NCBI RefSeq assembly: GCF_009914755.1
Contig: NC_060936.1
Direction: 5' to 3' (one strand)
Length of the DNA: 64,000 nt
Source: the human T2T-CHM13v2.0 reference genome, Homo sapiens
Position 1 is the first letter of the stretch, and every line of letters starts with the position of its first letter. The notes beneath the pieces were generated by a model. The model was not told the origin of the DNA, made no database searches, and worked only from the letters and a program-made list of their open reading frames with translations. Shown in pieces: positions 14,301 through 30,249 of the stretch. Position numbers and translations under genes: made by a program.

Positions 14301-17300
14301 GCTCAGTATTTTCCTTCCTTTTCCATGGAGACAGATTTTGCAGTTACTCCAGTTTTATACCTATAGCCCAAACTCCTGCGTTGGACACACCAATCTACGG
14401 CTAGCTTGCTCCAGATAGCATGTAGCATAGGATTCCACATGTAATATACATCTGTGGGAAGAAACTCAGACTCCAAAGGCAAACCTTATAATTAAAAGAC
14501 TTTTAGAAGCAGAGATTTTGTTTTTCTGTTCCTCCTTGTCAAAATTACATTGTTGGAAACAAAATCTGATCTGGTGGATGTGCGTGGCGTAGATAAGAGA
14601 TCACTGAGTCAGTTCTGTGTGGGGGGGTCGTGATGGGGGAGCAGATGGCCCTGGTCATGCATGTGGCTTCTCCTGGCCACAGAGCACCTTATCTGTAGAA
14701 TGAGATGGCTGCAGAGATCAGGCCTACCCAGCTGAAAACACTGCAGGAGAGTTGGGGAGGATGGCAGGAGGTAGAGCGGAAGGACCTGCACAGCTGTGGC
14801 ACCTGTGGGGCTGCTGGCTGAGGCTTCGAGGTCCACCATCACCTCGTTTTCTGCCGGGCAGGGACTCCTGGGTTGGCGCTCTCTAAAGCCGCTTCTGTTT
14901 CTAAAGTTCTTTGACTCATTTCTTAAGCATTGCATCTGCGTCTCCACTTGGATGACTAATAGACGTCCTAATGTACTGAAAAGCACACTCGTTGCCTCCC
15001 CACTCCTGTGTTCCTTTGTAGATCAACCAGGATTCTTCCTCCTTTTGCTGCTTCTGTGGCTATAGCCCTGATCCAGCCACCGTTCGTCACCTCGTGCTTG
15101 GATTATGGGAACAGTTTCCCAGCACATCTCCCTGCTGCTGCCCTGTCCCGACGCGCGCCGAGACCTTCTGACTTTTCTGTTTAAAGCAGCTGCCCCTGCC
15201 CAGTCCTATCTTCCTTATCCCTCTTTATTTTTCTACGTAGCATATGATATATATATTCTTTTTTCTTTATTTGTCACCCTCATGTCCTCAAATTGGAATG
15301 CAAGCTATAGGAGGGCTTGTTTGTTTTTCCTCCTGGTTTTGTGCACTGCCGTAAACCCAGTAACTAGATCACATGACTAATCCGTAATCCACAGAAACTG
15401 TTTGCTATCAGTCTGCAAATGATTGCCCACTCTCTTCTCATGTTTTCCATAATGCCAGCCCCAACCTTGAGGATCCCTTAACCCTGGATGTCCTGATAGC
15501 CCCTGCTGTCCCCTCTCTCATTCATCAGACCCACCTATCCTTCCTGTGTTGTTAGTTACCCATCCCTGTGTGTCCCTGTGAATAGATCTGATAGATAAGA
15601 TAATTGAGTACTTGGTCTTATACTTCTAACCCCCTTTACCCAGCACAGACCTAGTATGTAATAGAAAATGCCCAGTAAATTCAGCATTCATTCATTTACT
15701 GCCAAATTTCTTGATGAACTGCTATTGACAGATGATTAAAATTCAATCCCAGAAATATTCTGGGCCTTTGAAAGGTGTGTCCTACTGGCCTGAAGAAGGG
15801 GCTGTGACCAGATGGTGGTTCTGCACTCGTAGGTAGGGTGTGGTCCTTGTTTGCAGTGAATCTCTGGGAGCGTGGCAGTTTCTTCCGTGTGTCACGTTCT
15901 CCCTGTGTCTGCATCCAGAGTGGCCGCAGTCCCCAGGGGATGAAGGGTGCACCTATTTCTTTAAATTTCCATGGAGGGTCGAAACTGCTCCTTGAGATTT
16001 TAAAATACGCTTCATGGTCCCCACGGTGTCAGGTAGCTAGTTTATGGGTCCCATCCTGGTTGTGATAACTCAGGCTGAGCTGGATGATAAACGAAAGTGG
16101 GACAGAGCTGCAGGATAAATATTGCTACAGGGCATCTCCAGCGGCACAAATCACAGGGAAAATATCTCCCAGGCTTTTCATTTCTCCTCTTCCTCCCTGG
16201 CCCTCTGGTAGCAGCCAGCAAAGCAGGATCCATCCGTCACCCTTCCCCCGCCCCCACCCCAGCCTCAGCTCTCAGCGCACTGCTGGGGAGCGAGGGATGC
16301 AGATTGGTCCTGGTGCAGGCGGCCCTCTCTGTCTTGCGGCCCTCTGCCTCCCCGCCCAGCTCTGGAGGCAGCCCCGGGGAGCCGGCATGGTCAGGGTCAT
16401 GCTGTTTTCAGTTGTGGACGAGTGCTTAGCTTTGCAGACCTGATTCTTTATCTCTAAAACGAGAGAGATTAATAACTGGTGGTTCTTAGTCTGGCGCGAG
16501 CGGGTGCTCGTGTCACTCACCGGGGGAACTTAAACGCCGCTTGCTGAGTCCCACCCTAGCGCATAGAATCATAACCGCGGGGGTCTGGTCTGGGGTGTTT
16601 TCACTGACGTTTGGTTGGCCCTGCCAGCGGTGCTCACGAGGCCCACTCCTGGCCAAGAGCCACTCCTGGTACAAGTGAGGACTGAGATGGGCGATGGGGT
16701 GGGCGGTGCGATGGGCCAGTTCGTTGACCAGCTCTTGTACTAGATCCATCAGCAATGTCGCTTAGCGAGGCTTTCTTCAGCTTTGGAGGCATGCTGGCTT
16801 CGTAATCAGCGTCACCCTGTAGGTGTTGATTGAGCCTGCAGGGAATACCAAGCACGTAGGCATGGAAAGGTAACTAACCGCACGCGGCAGGCGAGTCTAT
16901 TAAACAGAGAGGCTGGTCCCAGCGCAGGTTGTTACCACCGCTGGGCCCTCCCACCACCTGACCTTGAAGCGCACTCAGAGGTTTCTCTCACTCCACGCCC
17001 GGGTTCTGCTGACTGTGCCTCTGCCTTGTCTCTGGATGCCACTTTCCCAGTTCAGGTGCTCAAGGCGTCTTACCTGAACATTACCACAGCTTCCTGACAA
17101 GTCTCTCCAAGCTGTCCTTTGCTGTCCTGCAAAGTGGCTGTGCCCACTGACCTGGTCGGCTGTGCCTGGTTGGCTGTGCCTGGCATGTGGAGGGTGCTCA
17201 CTGTGCCCGGGTGGATGAGTTCAGTGGTTCCCTGTCTTCCCGAGGAAAGCCCAGAGTCTGTGTGGCTGCAGCCCTGCCCGTGGCCCTCACGAGCTGTATG

Positions 17301-17527
17301 ACCACCCGCTAGACTCTTCTTGTGCTTTCTTGATTCTGCCACGTCCTTGCCGTCCGCTGGGTCTCGCCTGTGCTATTTGCTCTCCCTGCAATGCCCTTTC
17401 TCTTCCCTCTGCCAGGCAGACTGTACTCACCCGCTGGGCGTAGCACAGGTACTCCCATGGGACACCTCCTCATCTATGCCCATACTGGCATTGTAGCACT
17501 TACCACATGCTTGTGCTGTTGAAAGAG

Positions 17528-17821
17528 TTTGTTTTTGTGTATTTTTTTATTTTTAGAGATGAGGGCCAGGCTGGAGTGCGGTTGCATGATCATGGCTCAC
17601 TGTAGCCTTGACCTCCTAGGCTCAAGTGATCCTCCAACCTCAGCCTTCCAAGTACTTAGAACTACAGGTGGACACCACCATGCCTGGCTAATTTTTAAGT
17701 TTTTGTAGAGATGGGGGTCTTGCTATATTGCCCCTGGTCTTGACCTCCTGGTCTCAAGTGATCCTGTTCCTCGGCCTCCCAAGTTGCTGGGGGATTACAG
17801 GTGTTAGCCACTGTGCCTGGC
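17528..17821 (-). mobile_element. AluJ-like
   Basis: J diagnostics catggctcactgtagccttgacctcc and ggctcaagtgatcc. Confidence 0.85.
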
Positions 17822-18104
17822 TCTGCCGTTTGTTTAAAGATCTCTCTCTCTCCTTTCTGTCTTCCTCCCTCCCTCCCTCCTCCTCCTTAAATTATAAGCT
17901 GCTTGAAAACAGGAACCAGCTGAGTTGAGCCCATCTACCAAGTGAAATGCCCAGCAGATCTCTGCCTGATAAATGTTTGTTGAATGACTACAGCGTGGTG
18001 TTAAGGATGTGGACCAGGAAGGGATGTTTGTATTTGTTGTGTTCTGACCTTGCTAGATGACCCTGAATAAATTCATTTATCCTCCAAAACTTCGTTCTCC
18101 CTCA

Positions 18105-18935
<831 letters not shown>

Positions 18936-21155
18936 TTAATACCTGAGGAGCTCCTGATTTGGTAGTGTGAGAAGGCCGCCCGGACCTTACACCCCCTGCC
19001 CTGCCTGTCTTCTTTTCTTCCTTATTTTCTGAGGAGGTGGCCAGGAGAACTGGTGAGGCTTTTGTCCGCAGCTCTGCGCCTTGTGTGATATGAAGTGTTG
19101 TGGACACACCCCTGAGTGCTGTGCACACGACCCCTGCAGGGCGAGGCTGGGGGCATCATTTGGGATGAATGTGCTGTCCTGCAGGACCTAGGAGCAGCGG
19201 CAGCATCTCACCTGGGGTGAGACCTGGCAAGCAGGAGTGCGCTAAGCCTGCAACCAGAACTGGGAGGGAGAAGTGGCACGAGAGCGGTCAGTCTTCCTCG
19301 GCCTTGACCTTGAGGACATCAGGGTGTCTGGGCTCCTGGAGGCGGGTGTGAGACAGAGAGGCAGAGAAGGAGGTGGAGGTCAGCGCCCGGCAGGGGCCTG
19401 CCAAGCTGTGGCAGCCCCTGTGAGCTGCAGTGGCACGGGCTGCCTTGCAGGAGGTGTGAGATAGAGAGCTGCAGACACCAGGAAGGTCAGAAGTGTGGCC
19501 AAGGGAAAGCCAGGCACCTCGTCCTTCCCATCTCTCTGGGTTCATTTCCTTTGGTACTTGTAGAATAACTTTGAAAGACCCAGCCTCTCTCGCTGTGCTC
19601 ACGGGAGCCCAGAGCAAGAGCTGCACTTCCCAGCTTGTCTGGAGGCCTCTAAAGTGAGCAGGCCCCAGGGTCGCGGGAGGGAGTGCATCTAGCCCAGATT
19701 TCTTTCGCTGTTGCAGTAAGTACCTGGCCTTTCTGGTGTCTTGTTTCCAGGCCTCAGTTTCTCCTTCTGTGCTACCCTGCCCCACCTCTGTGGCTGGGTG
19801 TGGGACCGGCATCGCACCACTGCAGCCGAGTTGCTTTATAAATAGAAAGATACTTAACACCGACCCTGGAATCAAACAGGGAGGTGGCTCTGGGGAGCAG
19901 AGTTTTAAAAATGAGCATTGATTTCTGGGAATCGGCACACTGCATATTAAACAGACCCACATTGGCTCCCAGGGCACTGCTCAGCCCTGCCTGTATGCCT
20001 TTCTCCTTCCCAGAACAAGCCCTGCCCATCCAAGCTCTCAGAGGGTCTGAAGAGCCACGGGAATGAGATTCGTCCCAGCCCTCACCTCTGTGGGTGCTCC
20101 CTACCTGAAGTGGCTCTCACGCGCTTCTGTTCCCTGGCTTGTTCATCCATTTGTCCCCTGCTGTGAGCCAGGGACGGTGCTAGGTTCTGGGATTGAAAGA
20201 TGAACAACAATCACCCCAGTGCCCCTTCTCCTCTTGTCTCAGCATCGAGCCTTACGGAGCAGTGTGCAGAGTGAGAGTCTGAATGGGGGGAGCCCAGCGA
20301 TTGGAGAAGAGAAGGTCCAATTTTGCCTGGGCTGGGGAAGGAAGAGCCTTCATGGAGAAAACTGAGCGTCCAAGAGAGGGGCATGTGCTCTGCACAGGGA
20401 ACAGAATGTGCGAAGGCATGAGGAACCACGCGGCTGTGTGCAAGCAGCTGGCATATACCAGGCACCTCATGGCTGCTAGTTAAGTGTGGGCTGGGGATTG
20501 TCACATCCGTGTGCTGCCTGCCACCTTCTTTTAGCCTCCTGTGGTAATGAAGGACATTCCGTCCACATCTGTTGATTGATTAAGATATTTTTGTCTCTTG
20601 GTCCAATCACAATTTAAAAGTTAGCTGTGAAAGAAGACTAAATAGTTTAAGAACATAGCTGCTGCTGAGACTTCCTTCCTTTTCCTTTGGTGGCTCAGAC
20701 TCTATTCTGGGCCCTTGTCTCAGCGAAGAAAGTATCTGTCCTACATTAGGGAAAATCCCAAGAAAAACCGAAAGCAGCTCTCCCATCTTTACATCATCTG
20801 CCTCCACACCTGGCTGAGAATCGTGCACCTTTCAGGCCCTCCTGAGTTGCCTGGTCTTTCCTTGATTACCCACCAGAGCCCGTCTTTAAATATTCCATGA
20901 AAATTGGGGCCACTGAAGTGTGTCAGCTGCGAGTGAAATGCACAGAGCCGAGTATTAGGAAGGTGCCCCGCATTAGCGGGAAGAGTACCATGGACAGCAG
21001 GGCAAAACGAGGAGTGGCTGGGAGGCCAGTTAGGAGTCCATGAGCAAGAGGTGGCCGGGGGAGTGGGGAGGTGGTGGGACCCCCAGGAGATGCGCCACAC
21101 TCTTGCCAGCATTGAGTAGCCTTGTTTAAATAAAAAAAAAAATTTAAGCTGATAG

Positions 21156-21466
<311 letters not shown>

Positions 21467-21473
21467 AAGAAAA

Positions 21474-21762
21474 TTTTTTTGAGATGGAGTCTCGCTCTGT
21501 TGCCCAGGCTGGAGCACAGTGGCTCAATCTTGGCTCACTGCACTCTCCGCCTCCTGGTTTCAAGAGATTCTCCTGCCTCAGCCTCCCAACTAGCTGGGAT
21601 TACAGGTGACTGCCACCATGCCCAGCTAGTTTTTGTATTTTTAGTAGAGATGGGGTTTTGCCATGTTGGCCAAGCTGTCCTTGAACTTCTGACCTCAGGT
21701 GATTTGCCTGCCTCAGCCTCCCAAAGTACTGGGATTACAGGTGTGAGCAACCGCACCCAGCC
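21474..21762 (-). mobile_element. AluSx-like
   Basis: Reverse Alu consensus with gacctcaggtgat. Confidence 0.9.
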
Positions 21763-22316
21763 TTAACCTGCTAGGTAAACAGTGATGGCTTGGTTGTTTT
21801 AATTTGGATTTCCATGATTTGTAATATTCCCAAGTTTACAACCAGGAAACAAAGAAGTGAAATTCCTAATCACAGAATGATTCAGTCAGAGCCCTCTTAC
21901 TCAAGAAGGACAGGCGGGTGACGGCCAGTGTCCTCGTCCGCCAGGGTGTGAGGTCCTGTCGGCTGTGTCTGGGCCGTGTCTTGCCCGCCGATGGGTCTCT
22001 GGGCAGATGGTTAGCCCCTGGCCCTCAGTCGTGCAGGTTTCTGTTCTGCAGGTGGCATGGTGTCATGGGCACACAGGGCAGTGGTGTTTTCCTGTGGTGG
22101 TATTGATCAGGGATGGGTAGTGCCGGCCTTTCCCCGCTGTATGCTTTTGTATCTGCCATTCTTATCTTTTTTTATGAACTTTCCTCACCGTCTCCGCTAC
22201 CCACGTATCCACTCCCCATACAGTGCTTAGCATAACAGCTGTGCTTTGTTTTTTCCCTCCATTTGCATTTCTGTCTTCAGCTGTGGCCGGTGACCCATGG
22301 AGATGAAGGGGTTTCT

Positions 22317-22620
<304 letters not shown>

Positions 22621-24264
22621 AGATGAAGGGGTTTCTGATGCTCGTGCTTATCCCGGTGCCTGACGCTTAGTAGGCACTCCATAAACATCTCTTCTTCCCT
22701 TTCCTGAGAGTTTAGTTGCAGTTTTCACAAAATGTCAACGAGACGGGTGGTGTAGAACATTAACACTTAGAATGTGGTGTGTCTGGGTGGGGGTACAGGT
22801 GGGCCTCTGGTCGCGCTCACTTGCCCTTGGCTGTGTGGTTTGAGGGTGGGCTTAGCTGTGGGTCAGGCAGGTTAGCTTTCTGGGCATTCTGTGCATCTGC
22901 TGTGGGGGATCTGATGGACAATGGTGGAGACACCCTGTGGCTCGCGCCCATCCCCCTTGGTCCCCATCACATGTGGGGATCTGGTTGCTTATTCTCTGAT
23001 GTGGTTTCTCCTGGGAGGGCGGAGGAATGAGAGTTATTCTGTAGCTTTTTCTGAAGAGGAATGTGTGATTTGAACAATGCTGGGCCCAGGATGCCCTGGA
23101 TTCCTCTGTCAATGTTGGCATTAGACAGGAACTATCAGGAGCTGGAAATAGGCTGCGGGGCCCGGCCGAGAGGGCTCATTGTTTGTGGCAACCCCACACT
23201 CATCATCCTGCCTCATCCTGGAACCATGGATGCCGCAGACAGGAAGGCACCTCCCAAAGTCATCTAGGAAGGAAGGGACCATGCTGGGTGCATTACACAC
23301 CCCGACACTCACCCCACTCTGACTCCAGGTGGGGTGGGGTTCAACCGGCCCAGGGTGGTAGCTAGCACCTGCTTCAGTCACCTGTTCCCGTCTTTAACAG
23401 CTCTGTCTTCTGCAGGCTTCCTGTTGCATTTTAAGCCCATTCCTCTCATTCTGCCCTAAGTGAAACAAGAGAGGAAGCCACTGTCCCCCTGCTTGGAGCC
23501 TTCAGATGCGTGAGGGCGTGATGTTTTCCTTCTGTTTTGGAGAACCAGCAGGAGGTGGTGTCTACTCTAGACATGTGAGGCAGACAGCTGAGTAGAATTT
23601 GTAACGGGTAAGATATTGGCTTGGTTTACAATTGGTTTTCTCTAATTTAATAGGTTAGGAAGGTATAGTTGTATTCTGAGCTAACATCATGCATTTTTTT
23701 AAACCAACATTGATTTGTTTCAGCAATCAAGTGATGAATCCATGAATAAAGAGTCCACATTACATATTGTCCATTCCAGATTTGGGGCACGATTCTCCCC
23801 ATTTTGCAGGCGAGCATGTTAAATCCAGATTCTCAGCCAGAGTTCTATCTGGCAGATAGTGGTGAGATTGACGGACTCAGAACACATTTCCACTGACAAG
23901 ACGTGCACCGTCTCTTCTCACGGTACACGTAACGTTTTGGCACATCTCCATCTTGAGAGTGAATCCCAGTGTATTTCCTGCAGCTGGTAAAGCTTCCTGG
24001 CCAGGTGCAGCTCCTTGCAGAAAGTAAGCAGCTCTGAGTTTCATACCTAGAAAGTGCGAATTCTCATGGGCGGTCTACCCATGTTCCAAGACTTGTGGGC
24101 CATTCGTGTCACCATTAAAGACCCAGGGCATTGTTTCTCCAAACATTGTAATTCAGCGCACACACAGCTACACCTGAGAAAACGTTTCATTAATTAATTC
24201 TTATCTTTACTGTGTGAGATACCTTCTGGTGTTTTCTGTTTTATTTTTAAAAAATACTCTTCTG

Positions 24265-24524
24265 GGCTCGGCACAGTGGCTCACACTTGTAATCCCAGCA
24301 CTTCATGAGGCCAAGGTGGGAAGGTTGCTTGAGTAACATAGTGAGACCCTGTCTCTACAGAAAAAATAAAATTAGCCAGGATGGTGGCCCATACCTGTAG
24401 TTCTAGCTACTCAGGAGAATCACTTGAACCTGGGAGTTGAAGAGTGTAGTCAGCTGTGATTGTACCACTGCACTCCAGCCCAGGCAGCAGAGCGAGATGC
24501 TGTATCTAAAAGAAAAAAAAAAAA
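24265..24524 (+). mobile_element. AluJ-like with internal deletions
   Basis: Alu consensus missing segments in both arms; A tail. Confidence 0.85.
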
Positions 24525-27500
24525 GTCTTCTGACCCACTCAGCCGATTTTATAACCCAATAATGGGTCACAGCCTGCAGTTTGAAAAGCATGGATCGAGG
24601 GGTTGCTACAGATGAAAGCAAATGGAAACAATTAACAGGTTAACTTATTTGGCTCACAGTTAAATATCTGTTATAACTCAGATGCTTTATTTCTTGAAAT
24701 TGGATTTTCACCTTCTTTATTTTCGTCCATGTTTCCAGAGTAAGTGCCTGTCACCTAGGAAGCTTGGATGGGCCCTTTTTAACAAGGTCTCCATCACCTT
24801 AACATCACCTTTCTAAAATAAATTTGATCTTGAGACAGAGGTCTTAGGATCTTAGGTTAACAGGATTATTTTTCATACTAAAATGATAAACAGAGCTCTG
24901 ACTTGTGAATCCACGAAGTTATTCTATTTTTCTGTGCACCTGCTGTGTGCCAGGCGCTTAGGTGGTGCTAGAGGTACCGCACGGCTCAGATGTAGGAGTT
25001 CAGGGCCCTGCATTTTAGGGAGGGCACTGGTAGACCAGGAGGGACAAGGAGGAGACTGGACAGGGGGCTTCGGCATGAGTCACAGTGGAAAGATGGGTGG
25101 GGGGGATGTTTGCTTGGGGAAGAGAAGACTCGGGGCCCATGGCACCATCTTATGTGCGAGCGGCTGGCGCCCGGGAGAGGAATTAGGCCTCTGCTTTACT
25201 ACTCCAGAGGGGAAGACTAATTGCATTAGCCAGAATCATGATGGGGATGATAATTAAAAGAAATATTATCTACTGTGTATGAAGTGTGGTGTGTGCCAGG
25301 CACGGAATCGGGCCCTGGACGTAGATCATCAACTGTGTGTGGTTGGACATTTATTGTATCCATAATTCAGACAAGGAAACTGAGATGCAGAGAAGGAAAG
25401 TGCCTTGTCACGGGGCAGAGCTGGGATTTGAATATGATAGGACTGATTTGACCCATGTCTCCCTACCACCTCATCCGCATCTCTCAGGCAGAAAGTGGAG
25501 GTAGGCAGGTGGGGGCCCAGAATGCTAAGGCAGTGCCCATGGTAGTGAGAGCTGAGAAATGACAGCAAGGCTGCCTGGTGACCTCTGGCCTGTGCAGAGG
25601 GGAGGAGATTGGACATAAGTAACACCTAATGAGCTCATTTCATCCTAGGACAGCCCAGAAGGGAGGTGGGCTTTATGCCCCATGAAGCTCATGGGGTTAA
25701 GTGACACGCCCAAAGTCACATTGTCCCTAGGAGATAGAACTGGGACTCACACCTGGGCCTTCTGACCCCAGCCCTCGTGCCCTTCCCTCTGCCCTGCACT
25801 GCCTCTTACTTTCTGTGATTCACTTCATCAGTCTTTTCTCCAGATTCATTTTACCTGCTTCTCCTTGCTCCTTTGCTGTATCTGACAGGCCACCTGCAGC
25901 GTCCCATGGGTGCCTGAGCTCAAAACTGGAACCACAGCCAGAATCCAAGCTGACTGAGAGGTGTTCCCACAGTCAGTGTGTGGACATGCACGTGCACATG
26001 TGTTGTGTGCTTGTGTTTGTGTGTTGGAGGCCTGTGTGCCTTGGGAGGGGGCTTTGAGGTCTTTGGAGGGCCCGTGTGTGATGTAGGGTAGACAGGAATT
26101 TTTGGCAAGTTGGGGCTGGTGGAGAAGGCTGTAGCCCCCTGGACCCCCGGCCCCCAGTCAACCCTCCTGTGGGGCGCTACCAACCCTTTCTGAAAGGTGG
26201 GCTGGGAGGGAGCAGATCAGGGAAGTTAATTACTCGATTAATTCACCCAGATCAGACTGGCTTTCTGCTTGGGGGATGCTCTGCTTGATGGAATGAAGAA
26301 ACTGCTAATTTGCTAATTCTGGTTACTGATGGAGGGTGGGGGGCTTCAGGGTTTTGGAGGTAGGAAGGCTGTTGCTGCGCCCACCCGAGGCTGCCTGGGG
26401 CCCACAGCCTCCTCTGAGCTGATGGCCTTGTTCTTGGCCTAAGGTGAGGGAGCTCTTTTCTCTTTCTCTTCCTATGACTTTCTTCCCTCTTCCTACCTTT
26501 TTTTTTTTCACTAGATACCACCAGAAAAGTTGGCCGGGCTGCAGTTCATTCATTCGTCTGCCCATTCATTCATTCAACAGTGCTATTGAGCAACTGGCAC
26601 ACGACTAGGTTGTGGGAGATGCTAAAGGTGACTCAGCAGGAATACAACTGGCACCCCATTCTCTTGCAGCTGACAGGTCTGTCCGCAAAGAGAGACCTGC
26701 CCCTCAGGCTGTCAGCCAGGCCATGTGATCGAGAGGCAGTGAGGGGGAGAAAGTGGGAGGAAGTTGTGTGTTGGGACCACCAGGAGGGGATCTGTGACTG
26801 GGCCATCAGCCTGAGAAGCCTCCATGCCAAGGGAGGGGAGGCTAATTGGAGCCTAGAATTGGGGCAGGCAGAGAGGTGAGCCAGGCCACGCAGCCCTCCC
26901 TGAGGCTGCAACAGCCAGTCAGGAGCTGAGCACAACACAGAGTGGCGGAGACAGGGTCAGGGCCGCATGGTCGGAGACAGATGCCCGAGGCAGGTTGAGA
27001 GCTGTCTCCAGGACTGAGGCTCGGAATACTGGGGATCTGCTCTGTCGGCTTTGCTGGGGTTAGGGCGTACCTGAAAGTGAACAGTCAAAGGCAGAGCTAG
27101 CGCCATTGCTGATGACACATGCAAGTAGGAGCACCCGCGGTGGCCAAGTGCTCAGAGAAGGCTTCTGGAGGGGTGGGGGCCCCAGGGTGCCATAAGGAAA
27201 GGCCACTCTGGAGTGATTTCATGCTGCTTCTTCCTTTCCTTTCTCTCCCACTGCATCCCTCTGTGCTAGGCACATCTGGAATATGGGCTTGGGCTGAACA
27301 GAGGGATTTAGGCAGATCTGAGATCTGTCCCCTCTCAAAGTGGGGAGGGGAGATTTTGGCCAGGATTTTCTCCGCAGCTGGCGTGACTTCCAGTTCTTGA
27401 CAGAAATGTGTAAGGGTTACCTTGGCGATTAGGTGCAAATGTATCTTCAGGGAGATGAACCCAAGGACAGCAATGGAGGTTTTATACCCAGAGAGGCTCT

Positions 27501-28140
27501 AGTTTGGGGAGAGTTGCTGGCGGAGGTAGGAGATTAGCTGCTGCTTGGTTAGTGAAAGGATGAGCCAGTCAGATCCAGTCAACAAAGAAAGCAGGGGCTC
27601 TCAGGGTTGAACACAGTTCAGAATCCCCCACAGAGCATTCACAGGGCAGGTTATCAACATTCTGCCTCCAGATACTTTTAGGCCAGAGTGGGCCCCAGAA
27701 TTTGCATTCATCACCAAATACCCAAGGATTCTGGAGCAACTGGCCTGGGACCCACGCTTGGAGAAGTAGTTTTAGAGGGAACTCGGCATTTGGGAAAGAA
27801 CACTGGACTAGATGTATGAAGACCCGGGTTCCAGTCTACTCGGTGATTGGCCTCAGGTGTGTGCCACTTCACCTTTGGAATCTTTTTGTAAGTTGGGTAC
27901 AATGATGTCTGCTGCAGTGACTTCCTAGGGCTTTTGTGATGGTCGCGTATGTGAAATCCCTTTGAACAGCATACATTTTTCTATAATTGCAGGCTGTTGT
28001 CATTGCTTCTACAGTTATAATAGAAATGTCCAGAAGGGTCTGGATTGATTGAAGCCAGGGAAGGGAGGGGGAGGGAGAAGTAGACCAAATGATCTCTGAC
28101 GGCCCATGGCTTCTGGGATCTTCCTTCAATAAGAAAATCC

Positions 28141-28503
28141 AGCCAGGCACGGTGCACACCTGTAATCCCAGCACTTTGGGGGGCCGAGGTGGGCAGCTTG
28201 CTTGAGTTCAGGAGTTCAGGAGTTTGAGACCAGTCTGGGCAACATGGCAAAATCCCATCTCTAGAAAAAATACAAAAATTAGCTGGGCGTGGTGGTGCAC
28301 ACTTGTAGTCCCAGCTACTTGGGAGGCTGAAGTGGGAGGCTCACTTGAACGCAGGAAGTGGAGGCTGCAGTGAGCTGAGATTGTGCCACTGTGTTCCAGC
28401 CTGGGTGACAGAGTGAGACCCTATTAAAAAAAGAAAAAAAGAAAGAAAGAGAAAGAGAGAGAGAGAAAGAAAGAGAGAAAGAGAAAGAGAAAAAAAAGAA
28501 AGA
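28141..28503 (+). mobile_element. AluJ-like with a GA/GAAA microsatellite tail (28426-28503)
   Basis: Alu consensus with duplicated gagttcag and a purine-rich expanded tail. Confidence 0.88.
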
Positions 28504-30249
28504 GTCCAAGGAATGTCCCTCTTCCCCCAAATCCAGGTAGTGAATCTATTTCTTTAAGGTGTGGGTGCTGGTTTGGTCTTGAGAGAGACAGGTAGCAAGG
28601 GGAAAGGTAGCAGGGCTCCCCGATGATAGCACCGTCTGGATTTCCTTCCTCTTTCCCTGGTGCTGATGTTGCTTCAGCTGAGCGATTAGAGCCACGGGAT
28701 GCTGCCGGGAGCCCCGGGCATGTGTGACCCGTCCTGCCCTGCATGGTTTTGCTGACGTTCTGCGGCATGAGGTTGGGGATGGGAATAGCTTGCACCCGGA
28801 GTTCCTGTTCTGTGCGTTCCTTCTCAAGCCAGCTCTCGGAGGCTTGGGTGTCCATGGCAGAGCAGGGTTGGAACAGGGCCTCTGTGTTGCACACCTTCAG
28901 GGGGCACAGTTCACAGGGAATGCAGTGTAACTGTCCTGCTGGAGTGGTGCAATGGCAGACTTCCTCCCTGGCCAGCAGGGAGGCATCCTTGCTTTGTTAC
29001 TAAACTCCGCTGGTTCCTTGGTTCTATAGTCTCTATTCTGTTTCAGTGTGCAATGAGGTCAGCAGAAACACAGATAATAACGAGGCTCATGATAAGAGTA
29101 GTGAAGACTGTGTTCTCCCTAGACCACTTCCATCATGTTTGGTTTCAGCATGCATTTGGAAGCAGTCATTTAATCAGCAAGTATTTATTGAGTGTGGCTG
29201 TGTGCCTGGCACTGTGCACAGTCACTGAGGGGAGACGGGGCGGGAGAAGGGAGTTGGGGGACTCGGCGGATAAGCTATCTCAGACAGTAGCAGGTTAGCT
29301 CCTTTCTTTGGCCTGTGCTTTTGGTATCTGTCTCATGTTGTTAGCACTTGGAAGATGGGTGCTGTGCTTGTTCTAGCTTTGCTGGAATTTCTAGGGGTTG
29401 GCAGGGTGGGGCTAGGAGTCATTTTGCTGTGGAAACTCAGGGGGTCACTTTCAGAAATGGAATGTAGGCGTGCCCAATGCAGCTCCTGACTCACTTTCCC
29501 CATGGCTGGTGGATTTGAGGGTGGGCCTGGGAGTTTCCAGTCTGTGTAGAGAAGGGGTGGTGGTAAGGGGATGACCAGTCTCCCCCTTCGGAGCGCCTCA
29601 GGTCAGCACTCCTTAGTGAGTTTGCTTCCCTACCTCCACCCCGGCTGTCAGCCTGCTGTGGCTCTACGTGCTGCAGCTGGGCCCGCAGAGCTTAAAATAG
29701 CAGCGTGAGCTGGCCGCTGGGCATGTGGGGAGCCCGCCTGAGGCCTGATGGGGCAGCCGCCTGGGCTTGGGGCTCTACTGGCTTTAACCACTGGGGTAGA
29801 GAGTGTTTTGGGGGGTTTCTTCTAGGCCCAGAGCTGGAGAATGGGGAATGGATGTAGCTGGAGTTCGGGTGTGGCTGGTGCAGAGGGGAAGCAAAGGGCT
29901 TGTCTTTCCTAGACCTTTGAATAAAGGGAATGCCTCGAACCTGACCTTGGAGGCTCTCACTGTGGAGCTCAGGGGCCTTCAGACTTGGTGTTCTGTTTGG
30001 CCTTAGCTCCGGCCCTCGGTACTGCCCAGGGTTAGCCATGTAGGGTCCCATTAGAGGCTAAATGAAGTGCGAAGGTGGGATGGAGGATGCAGCTGTGCCA
30101 GGTCACAGATGTCAGGGCCAGGGCAAGAACGCAGGTATCCTGAGTCTCAGCTGGGCAGGCGCTAACTACAGGGCTCCCTCACTCGCCAGTTGCCTGCTCT
30201 TGGGAAGCCAAGATGGCACCTAGGGGTTTGGGAGAGACCTTTCCCAGGC

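Noticed and set aside
16513-16855. Minus-strand ORFs (MLMDLVQELVNELAH..., ...DADYEASMPPKLKK...) as a processed pseudogene
   Set aside because: No recognisable parent protein, polyA tail or TSD.
19836-19845. Isolated MEF2-type (also 50443-50452) and numerous AP-1 TGA(G/C)TCA motifs
   Set aside because: Single short motifs occur by chance at about this frequency in 64 kb; no clustering to support them.
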